Part shown: one piece after another, positions 1 through 7,339 of the stretch
Layout: each line of letters starts with the position of its first letter
Position numbering within the stretch: the first letter of the stretch is position 1
NCBI GenBank assembly: GCA_964585295.1
Contig: CAZPCY010000003.1
Location: forward strand, 66,990 to 130,989
Direction of reading: 5' to 3'
DNA: 64,000 bases
From: an uncultured Candidatus Poseidoniales archaeon
Lineage (GTDB): Archaea; Thermoplasmatota; Poseidoniia; Poseidoniales; Thalassarchaeaceae
The notes under the pieces: generated by a model
Seen by the model: the letters and a program-made list of their open reading frames with translations, nothing else
The model's database searches: none
What the model was told of the DNA's origin: nothing
Translations under genes and position numbers: made by a program

Positions 1-1
1 C

Positions 2-133
2 CATGAACATCGATGCAAGATTCTCCAACTCAAGATCACGGCCGACCAGTTCATCCGGCAGCCAATCGAACGAGAACGGGGTCGCATCCACGAGCACCCT
101 GCCCGCACCGATTCTGTCGAGATATCTCGCCAT
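2..133 (-). CDS. orc1: Orc1/Cdc6 replication initiator, N-terminal 44 codons only; gene runs off the left edge of the window
   Basis: Minus-strand frame opens after an in-frame TAA (plus 161-163) with ATG at 133. It reads MARYLDRIGAGRVLVDATPFSFDWLPDELVGRDLELENLASMFM. The 'LPDELVGRDxExExLA' motif is the conserved N-terminal stretch that precedes the Walker A in archaeal Orc1/Cdc6. Not in the ORF track because it is open-ended. Confidence 0.5.
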   Translation of the reverse strand, partial: MARYLDRIGAGRVLVDATPFSFDWLPDELVGRDLELENLASMFM

Positions 134-292
134 CCAATCTGCATCGCCCTCCCGCCGTTCTTAGAGATGCCGAGCAACGTCCCCCTAACCATGTGCTTCG
201 GGTGGCTTCCGAACGATGACGATGCGGACATGGAGGCGAAGCGGAATCCGCTGGAGGAGAGGGGGATGAAGGATTTGTGTAATGAAGTTCGA

Positions 293-586
293 TCATGGCA
301 GGGTGAATAGCCGATCGTCACCGTGTCCGTCGAGCCAACCGATTCGGACCGCTGCATCGATCCACGCATGGGCGTAGTTGATGGCTCCAAACGCGCGGAC
401 GCTATCACCGGCATCAAGGAAGTGGCGAGCGTCGGCACGATAATCATCGCACATCCGCAACATGTCAGCGAGGTGCTCGCCCTCGGAGGTGTCGGCAGCG
501 ACGGTCGGCGTCGCTTTGGCGCGCGCCTCATCCGTGAGTTCTAGATAGCGCTCGACCCTTTCCACGGTCACCTCTCGATCGCTCAA
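293..586 (-). CDS. small conserved hypothetical protein (97 aa); possibly DUF357-like archaeal family
   Basis: ORF overlaps the upstream gene by 4 nt (ATGA), suggesting translational coupling. It has a C-terminal 'YAHAWIDAAVRIGWLDG' motif. The family assignment is from memory only. Confidence 0.35.
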   Translation of the reverse strand: MSDREVTVERVERYLELTDEARAKATPTVAADTSEGEHLADMLRMCDDYRADARHFLDAGDSVRAFGAINYAHAWIDAAVRIGWLDGHGDDRLFTLP

Positions 587-1623
587 TCGGTCGCCTCCCG
601 AGCAGCTAGCAGGCGACGAACATCATCATCCCTGCCGAGTGACCTGTACAGTTCGATGGCCCGTGTCCACATGCCCTGGTTCTCCGCCTGTCTAGCGGCC
701 TCGAAGACCGATTCTCTCTGAAGCCAGTCGAGACGCCTCCTTTCATCCGCTACGAAACCGCGGATGGCGGCGGCTCTGCGTCCGCCTAGACTGGGCGATT
801 CGATCCATCGGACCAAGCCATCTCGACTAGCGGTGGCGAGTATGTCGTAGCCGTTGCCGGAGAGCCATTCATCGCTGCCGACAACCAAACCTTCGATCAA
901 TCCGGAGGATATCCCAACCGTTCGCCCATCCATTCCGAGCAGCCACCATCCATCGGCCGATAGGATCGCTGCGATTGGATCCTCTCCGAGATCGGAGACG
1001 CGATCGATTGAATCCCAGCCGAATGGATTCGGAGCCCCGTCATGGAGGCTGCCATCGAGCGCTTGCAGGAGCAGTCGACCACGATGCAGACTGCTCGCCC
1101 ATGTCCATCGTCGATCCTCGATGATACGTTGAGCGTCCTCACCGTGCAGCCTGATGCATCGCAGCCTACCGTCGTGATCAAGCGCAATCAGATGCTCGCG
1201 ATCAAGCCAACCAAGCAGTTTCCTAGTCGGTCCGCTCCTCACCCTCCTGATTCCCCTACCGTCCCTGTGAAACAGATGGAGGTGGTCGCCACGGTCAGCT
1301 AGGACCCACCCCCCACCAGGCCGTGCGGTGGCGCGCCGGAATCCCCCGGCGGTGGCGCGCCCTTCGCTGAGTGGCTCCCCTGTGGTCCGATCGAGGACAT
1401 GGAATCCGGTGCCGCAGAGCACTGCCAGCGAACCGTCATCGATGCGAAGATCGAACACATCGAAGACGAACGACCGTCGCCAACGGAAGTCGCCGGATGA
1501 ATCGATGGATCGGACCTCAGGTCCAGTGGCGATGACGATGCCGTCCCCGTCTGCGACCATCGCGGTCGTCCGACCATCGATCTGATGGCTCCAAGCGATG
1601 CGCCAATCGTTACTCTCGCTCAC
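583..1623 (-). CDS. PQQ-like/WD40-like beta-propeller repeat protein with C-terminal helical (TPR-like) tail
   Basis: Repeated 'DG...W...' blade-like segments throughout. The C-terminus reads '...AENQGMWTRAIELYRSLGRDDDVRRLL'. The gene overlaps both neighbours by 4 nt (ATGA). Confidence 0.4.
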   Translation of the reverse strand: MSESNDWRIAWSHQIDGRTTAMVADGDGIVIATGPEVRSIDSSGDFRWRRSFVFDVFDLRIDDGSLAVLCGTGFHVLDRTTGEPLSEGRATAGGFRRATARPGGGWVLADRGDHLHLFHRDGRGIRRVRSGPTRKLLGWLDREHLIALDHDGRLRCIRLHGEDAQRIIEDRRWTWASSLHRGRLLLQALDGSLHDGAPNPFGWDSIDRVSDLGEDPIAAILSADGWWLLGMDGRTVGISSGLIEGLVVGSDEWLSGNGYDILATASRDGLVRWIESPSLGGRRAAAIRGFVADERRRLDWLQRESVFEAARQAENQGMWTRAIELYRSLGRDDDVRRLLAAREATD

Positions 1624-4106
1624 GATTCTCCCTCCAGATGGTCTATCGCTTGCGGACTCAAGCGGAAGTATCGGGTACGACCATCCTTTCTGGCCGACAG
1701 GATTCCAGCCCGGTTCAGGCCGTTGTATATCTGCGAGAGACGGGAGCGGCCAACCTGCAGTCGCGCCTGCAGTCGGGAGTCAGATGGTGATATCTCTCGT
1801 ATCGATGCTGCTTCAAGAACGATAATCTCGGTCGCGGATAGGGCGCGGAGACGCAGTAGGTCAAGGGTCCTATCATCCTCCCAGCGGGACTCACGCATCC
1901 CTTGCAGCCTCTCTCTGATAGCGGTGAAGCCGGCTGCTTGCCGTTCGGTAGGCGATGAAGGCGGTTGGGTCGTGGATGGTGTCGAGGCAAAGTGCTCCGC
2001 ATCGGAATCGTCCTGATCCCAATCGCCGTCAAGATTCTCCTCGATACCGAAGGAGGAGTCTTCGTTATCCTGATCGCCTGCGAAGACGGGAGAGTCATAT
2101 TGGCCTGAGTTGGGAGACAGCGATTCGGATTCTTGGGAATCAGATTCGAATCCGTTAGGCGGTTCGCATCCATCCTCGATTTCTAGGAAGGTAGTCCCAT
2201 CCTGGCTCCTGTATACCTTGGTCGAATGTGATCCACTGGCCCCCTTTCCTACATCATCTCTAGTCATGGATTCCATCGACTCATCATAGGCAGGTGATGT
2301 TGGCATCTGGAATGGTGTGCGGGCGACCGAATCCTCGGTCTCGACTTGGTCATCTAGGCCGTATCGATCGTCTATTCTAGGGTCGACCCATAGGGCGCCG
2401 CCATCGAAGACGTGCACCGGCTTCGCATCGACATCGGCGCCCATGTCTTCGGATGGCTTCGCCTCAATGGGGCCCTGTGGACGAATCCTAGTTCGAGTGC
2501 GGCGCTGGACATTGGAACCTGCAGGTTCCACGGCGGTGGGAGCCGATTTGTATCTTCGACTCCTGTCGGTCAAGCCAGAGAATGCCCCGGCTCGCATGGT
2601 TTGCTGATTCAGAATCGAATCTCTTGTTGCCCCATGCTGATTTGGAGATTCCTGAGATGTTCCAGAAGCCGGCTCCGAATCTGCTGGTGGAAGATCCTCG
2701 CTATCCACCTCTCCATCCGATGGCTCAGCTGCTGAATCCATAGCGCCTCCCACGGACTCTTCCTCTGGCCATTCAGCGAAGGGAGAGAAGGCACCATTGG
2801 GATCGATTCTATTCTCATCCTCCAGATAGATTGGAGTAGAATCGTCGTCCGGGAAGGCATCCGCCCCCCAGGTACCCTCTCCGCGATCGATGACGATCGA
2901 ACCATCCGTTGCAATCGTACTCCCATCTCTATCCGGAGCGACGAACGAATCTCCCGACGGTGTAGGATGTCCTGCGAAGGCCTCGGCCCGGTGGCCAAAA
3001 TCGCCTATCTGTGTCCTTGATTCGGGTCTGAAGGATTCTCGTCCGATAGATGTGGATCCATGCGATATCGAACTCGATTCGGGCCCATTGCCACCCATGA
3101 CCGGAGGGCGTCTTCGTTGCAACGAACTGGCCGGAACATCCACCGGAGCCCAAGGATCCTCCACTAGATCATCCGCCATCCGGTCGATGTCTTCCATTCC
3201 CGCAGCCAACGCCTCTGGTGAGATCATTGCCGCCGGATGCGATCGCGGTAGCGTAGGTAGAGTGGTCGCTCCAGCTGTCTCAAAAGCGGCGCTGACAGGG
3301 TCGTGAGGGCGTTCTAGGTCTAGCAGCATCTCGACGGGAGAGTCACGGACGCCGCGAGCCGCATCGACCAGATCTCTTAGCAGCCTAATCAGCGGACCCG
3401 GTTGGCCTCCTGTCAATCGAATCAGATGATCCAAGAAGGAGCGTTCCGGCTGCCATCCATTCGTCGAAACCAAACGGAACCCATTCTCAATTAATCTCCT
3501 CAGCTCAGCCGGCGTGAACGGTGGTAGTGGTGGTGTAGCATCGAATGCCATCTTCGCTTCGGCCGGCCAAGCACTGAATTGGGCGGGAGTCACGGTCACG
3601 ATGGTGAGCGCTCGAAGCCGGTGCAGGATGGGTAGCAGAGTAAGGAAAAGGGCGCCGTGATCGGCACCAGGTGCAGATGGATGATCGAAGCCTAGAAGCG
3701 GGAGCGGCCCCTCCTTCGCGGCCAAGGTCTGCACCAATCGATCTCCTAGCAGCTGCGTGGATCGAGGTGCATCGAAATCGGCGAAGGTGACGTACATCTC
3801 TGTGAGTACGGTAGCAGCACGATCAGATTCAGGCCAAATGTGGGCGTGATGGCTGGCATTGGTCCATGAGGCAGCGGCTTGCAGCAGAGATGTCCTACCG
3901 GAGCCACGCTCGCCGATTAAGGCAATTAGTCGAGGACTCCCAGAACGGATGTGCTCGCTCCACTCCCTCAAGATGTTGCGCCGGCCGACCAAACTCTCAG
4001 CGTCGGACGCCTCAATCGGGCGCAGCGAGAACGGATTGGCGCGCATGATTGGCATGCCCAATCGCTGCACGGCGTCCTCGACCATCTGCCGCCGCAACGC
4101 GGTCAA
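1620..4106 (-). CDS. Orc1/archaeal-ATPase (PF01637-like) protein: N-terminal P-loop ATPase, ~480-aa acidic low-complexity insert, C-terminal winged-helix
   Basis: N-terminus 'NPFSLRPIEASDAESLVGRRNILREW...LIALIGERGSGRTSLLQ' carries the Walker A as GSGRTS, with Arg in place of the Lys. 'LIRLTGGQPGPLIRLLRDL' is typical of archaeal ATPase_2 proteins. The middle ~480 residues are D/E/S/P-rich. The C-terminus 'LSATEIIVLEAASIREISPSDS...RTRYFRLSPQAIDHL' is wHTH-like. Confidence 0.5.
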   Translation of the reverse strand: MTALRRQMVEDAVQRLGMPIMRANPFSLRPIEASDAESLVGRRNILREWSEHIRSGSPRLIALIGERGSGRTSLLQAAASWTNASHHAHIWPESDRAATVLTEMYVTFADFDAPRSTQLLGDRLVQTLAAKEGPLPLLGFDHPSAPGADHGALFLTLLPILHRLRALTIVTVTPAQFSAWPAEAKMAFDATPPLPPFTPAELRRLIENGFRLVSTNGWQPERSFLDHLIRLTGGQPGPLIRLLRDLVDAARGVRDSPVEMLLDLERPHDPVSAAFETAGATTLPTLPRSHPAAMISPEALAAGMEDIDRMADDLVEDPWAPVDVPASSLQRRRPPVMGGNGPESSSISHGSTSIGRESFRPESRTQIGDFGHRAEAFAGHPTPSGDSFVAPDRDGSTIATDGSIVIDRGEGTWGADAFPDDDSTPIYLEDENRIDPNGAFSPFAEWPEEESVGGAMDSAAEPSDGEVDSEDLPPADSEPASGTSQESPNQHGATRDSILNQQTMRAGAFSGLTDRSRRYKSAPTAVEPAGSNVQRRTRTRIRPQGPIEAKPSEDMGADVDAKPVHVFDGGALWVDPRIDDRYGLDDQVETEDSVARTPFQMPTSPAYDESMESMTRDDVGKGASGSHSTKVYRSQDGTTFLEIEDGCEPPNGFESDSQESESLSPNSGQYDSPVFAGDQDNEDSSFGIEENLDGDWDQDDSDAEHFASTPSTTQPPSSPTERQAAGFTAIRERLQGMRESRWEDDRTLDLLRLRALSATEIIVLEAASIREISPSDSRLQARLQVGRSRLSQIYNGLNRAGILSARKDGRTRYFRLSPQAIDHLEGES

Positions 4107-4130
4107 GGTATAACCGATTCGCGCGATTAG

Positions 4131-4270
4131 ACGCTTCCCTCACGCTTCTTCTCACGCTTTCTCGCTCACGCCGTCGGTGGAATCGGTTGATTGCAGACCA
4201 CCATTCGTCATTTCGCTCAACGCTTCCTAACGCTTTTCGCCGGGGCGTGAGGATGCGTTAGATGCGTTAA
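4131..4270. repeat. cluster of short direct and inverted repeats (core ACGCTT / AAGCGT) in the divergent intergenic region
   Basis: TCACGCTT-type units at 4131, 4142, 4154 and 4166 (11-12 bp spacing), and at 4219 and 4230. Inverted copies GCGTGA (4245) and tandem GATGCGTTA x2 (4252-4269). Seen directly in the sequence. Confidence 0.6.
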
Positions 4271-4379
4271 TCGGCGAGTTTTTCCCCGTGAAACGGACAT
4301 CATCACTGAAAGAAGTGTGGTGAACTGATTGGATAGAACTTGAGCGAATCCATGAAGAGGTCGTGACACTCCCATCGGC

Positions 4380-5675
4380 GTGCAGGTTGATCAGATGGAG
4401 GACAGTCGCATCGCAGGGCTGTATCGCCTCTCCCTAGATGAACGGCGTGTGGCAGTCGCTGCTGTGCGGGGGATGTCAGAGGAGAGTGAGAGAGCCTGGG
4501 CTAGCGATGGTCTCGACGAGAGCACTGCGGATCGCATGATCGAGAACGTGGTGGGTAGGCTCGCCCTCCCAGTAGGCGTCGCTACCAACTTCATCATCGA
4601 TGGAAGGCCGAGATTAATCCCATTCTGTGTCGAGGAGGCAAGCATAGTCGCAGCTGCGAGCAACGTCGCAAAGCGCGCGCGCGCGTCCGGTGGATTCCGC
4701 ACTGATGTTGATCCACCGCTGATGATTGGCCAGATACAAGTTGTCGAAGTGGACGATGTAGAGGCGGCCGGGAAGCGTATACTGTCGGCTTCGAGCGAAC
4801 TCATCTATGCGTGCAACGATGTTCGCTCGACGATGATCGAATTGGGGGGCGGCTGCAAGCGAATCGAAGTCCGAACAGTCGAGGCGGCTTCCGGTCCGAT
4901 GCTCGTAATCCACCTGATAGTGGACACTAGAGATGCGATGGGCGCCAATGCGGTCAACACGATGGCTGAGAGGATTGCTCCGAGGATTGAAGCCCTGACT
5001 GAAGGGAGAGTGCTGCTAAGGATACTATCCAATCTAGCCTCACACAGACTCGCCCGCGCATCGGTGCGATTCTCCCCCTCAGACCTCGAATCCGGAGGCG
5101 AGAACGAAGGTGCGCTAATCGCGCGCGACATCGCCCTTGCCGCGGAATTCGCGGATGCTGACCCATGGCGTGCGACGACTCACAACAAAGGCATCATGAA
5201 CGCGATCTCTGCCATCGGACTAGCATGCGGACAAGATACGCGCGCAATCGAGTCGGGAGCCCACGCTTGGGCCTCTATGAGCGGCCGCTACACTTCCCTC
5301 ACGAAGTGGGAGGTCGGTGACGAGGGTGATTTGCACGGATCAATCGAGCTGCCACTGGCCGTCGGAATAGTGGGAGGGGCATCACGAGTACACCCTGTCG
5401 CGAGAGCTAATCTAGAACTGCTCGATGTATCCAACTCCTCCGAACTCGCAGGGATCATGGCTGCAGCCGGCTTGGCACAGAACCTCGGAGCAATGCGGGC
5501 ACTGGTCACCGCAGGCATTCAGAAAGGGCACATGGGGCTACATCTCCGCAACCTAGCTCTCGCTGCAGGCGCTGATGGTGAGGAAGTCGACCGTCTGATC
5601 GAGATGGTCCGAGGGCAGGGCGTTCCGATCACGCAGACGGTCGTAGACGACGCCCTCTCTGCGATGAGGTCGTGA
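4380..5675 (+). CDS. hmgA: hydroxymethylglutaryl-CoA reductase, class II (NAD(P)H)
   Basis: Motifs ENVVG, DAMGAN, and the 'GIVGG' and 'NKG' regions are typical of class II HMGR. The ORF-track start is GTG at 4380; the first ATG is at 4395 (MEDSRIAGLYRLSLDERR). Confidence 0.85.
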   Translation: MQVDQMEDSRIAGLYRLSLDERRVAVAAVRGMSEESERAWASDGLDESTADRMIENVVGRLALPVGVATNFIIDGRPRLIPFCVEEASIVAAASNVAKRARASGGFRTDVDPPLMIGQIQVVEVDDVEAAGKRILSASSELIYACNDVRSTMIELGGGCKRIEVRTVEAASGPMLVIHLIVDTRDAMGANAVNTMAERIAPRIEALTEGRVLLRILSNLASHRLARASVRFSPSDLESGGENEGALIARDIALAAEFADADPWRATTHNKGIMNAISAIGLACGQDTRAIESGAHAWASMSGRYTSLTKWEVGDEGDLHGSIELPLAVGIVGGASRVHPVARANLELLDVSNSSELAGIMAAAGLAQNLGAMRALVTAGIQKGHMGLHLRNLALAAGADGEEVDRLIEMVRGQGVPITQTVVDDALSAMRS

Positions 5676-5680
5676 CTTGG

Positions 5681-6325
5681 TCACGCCTCGATGTCCTCGA
5701 CCGTCTCCTCGCTCTGTCCGTCGACGGCGCCTTCCAAGGCATCAACGACCGAATCATCGCCTACATTAGGGTCGAGGATTCTGATGCTCTCGATTAGGTC
5801 CGTGGAAGTAAGTCCAGCAGCCTCTGCCTGCTCTCGGAACCAAGCCCTGACTTTCTTTGGCTCGACAGCGGGGCATTGGAACCTCTCGGAGAATCGACGA
5901 GTCGTCACAAGACGTCTTGAATTCCCCTTGCGCCTGCGGTCGATGAGTCCGAGTCGGGCCAATTCCCTGACGTATTCGTAAGCGATCTGGCCCATCATCC
6001 CCACAAGATCGCTCTGCATCATCGGCTGATGATAGGCAATCAGAGCCGCTGCTCTCTGAAGTCGCTCGGGGATGTCGCCACGAATCGCATCAGGCAGGTG
6101 AGATGAGAGGAGGGGCTTCACCTCCATCGACCAACGATCTCCGACAGCGACGATCTGTAGAGCACCTCCACGGCGACGCTTCATGGTCGAGGAAAGTGAT
6201 GCGAGCCCCTCCCGCACCTCCTTTAGGGGTCGGTCGGCGGAGATCGCGAGCTCCTCGACTGTCATCGCCCGGCCAGAACAGAATAGGAGCGCTTCAAGCA
6301 AGGTCTCGATCGACGGGTTACTCAT
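5681..6325 (-). CDS. scpB: segregation and condensation protein B
   Basis: N-terminal 'LLEALLFCSGRAMTVEELA' and a second wHTH ('GQIAYEYVRELARLGLI') match ScpB. It lies immediately downstream of scpA. Confidence 0.85.
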   Translation of the reverse strand: MSNPSIETLLEALLFCSGRAMTVEELAISADRPLKEVREGLASLSSTMKRRRGGALQIVAVGDRWSMEVKPLLSSHLPDAIRGDIPERLQRAAALIAYHQPMMQSDLVGMMGQIAYEYVRELARLGLIDRRRKGNSRRLVTTRRFSERFQCPAVEPKKVRAWFREQAEAAGLTSTDLIESIRILDPNVGDDSVVDALEGAVDGQSEETVEDIEA

Positions 6326-7339
6326 TCAGGCACCACCTATCTTCTCCGCCTCTATTTGCGCACGAACCGCGACATAGGAAGCGAGTGAAGGCCACTTGTC
6401 CTGAACGAAGACGCTGCCTTCTGGGGGGTCCATCTGCCAGATGTCAGCAAATCCTCGATGGGTGAGGAAAAGCGAAGAGACGAATCCGGCGACCTCCCCC
6501 TCGGCCTTCGCATCGGCCTCCAATACCCCCTCCTCCAAGGCGAGCAAACGGAGTCTCTCCTTCAGAGCATCCAATTCCACTGGATCACCCTTGGGAGATA
6601 TTGATCGCATCGCCGCCCAAGCGCGTTGGATGTCCTCCTCTAGATCCTCTCGATGCATACGTGATGAGACGTTCTTCATCGCATCAGCCAACTGCTCTCG
6701 ATGTCTGATTCTCGATTCCTCTCTAAGACGGCGCTCGTGTGCTTGGGCGTGGGCGTCCTTGAGGGATAGCAGCATCTCAGACAACGTCACGGGTCGTCCT
6801 TCCTCCCTCTTGATGCGGCCCTCGAATATTCCAGGCAGCACATCGGAAGCCGCACCGGACAAGACGCTGATGCTGAAGTTGTAATCATCGTCCTCCAACT
6901 CGGCCTCCCAACCGATGTCGAAGTCGAACTCGTCCTCCTGCTCGTCCCAGTTCTCGTGCCGTTCGATTAGGCTGAAGGTCTGCGCATGCAGGATGCGCCA
7001 AGCCATCCGGATAAGCCTACCACAAGTTGGGAGGTCGATGTCCTCCGCCTCATCGATCCTCTGACGGAACAACTCGATGAACGTCTCCAGATCTATGTCC
7101 CACGGGTCTAGGGAAGCATCCTGAAACAACTGCAGCACTAGAGCTATGCTCCTATCTATCGGATCATGGAGCATCTGGTGCTCGGCGTTCTCCATCTCGC
7201 ATATCTCGGCCAATCTGTCCAGATACCGGGATGTCTCGATGTCCTCTTCGCCGCCGAGCAATCTCGCCACTATGTCGCTGCGCATCGCATGGATGTCGAG
7301 TACCCCGACGGCGGCCGACTCGCTCGTCACTAATATCAC
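6326..7339 (-). CDS. scpA: segregation and condensation protein A (kleisin)
   Basis: Size, acidic composition and position between smc and scpB. The start overlaps the smc stop by 4 nt. Confidence 0.75.
   Translation of the reverse strand: MILVTSESAAVGVLDIHAMRSDIVARLLGGEEDIETSRYLDRLAEICEMENAEHQMLHDPIDRSIALVLQLFQDASLDPWDIDLETFIELFRQRIDEAEDIDLPTCGRLIRMAWRILHAQTFSLIERHENWDEQEDEFDFDIGWEAELEDDDYNFSISVLSGAASDVLPGIFEGRIKREEGRPVTLSEMLLSLKDAHAQAHERRLREESRIRHREQLADAMKNVSSRMHREDLEEDIQRAWAAMRSISPKGDPVELDALKERLRLLALEEGVLEADAKAEGEVAGFVSSLFLTHRGFADIWQMDPPEGSVFVQDKWPSLASYVAVRAQIEAEKIGGA

Noticed and set aside
13-296. ORFs 13..219(+) and 51..296(-) at the left edge
   Set aside because: Low-complexity P/R/S-rich translations. 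The third-frame minus-strand reading gives a clean Orc1/Cdc6 N-terminus instead, so these are shadows of orc1 and of its upstream intergenic region.
854-1577. Multiple 85-96-aa ORFs on both strands overlapping the beta-propeller gene (854..1132, 897..1187, 1042..1302, 1299..1577, 1328..1585)
   Set aside because: Antisense or alternate-frame shadows typical of high-GC DNA. They have low-complexity R/S/P-rich translations, no motifs, and are fully contained in a well-supported CDS.
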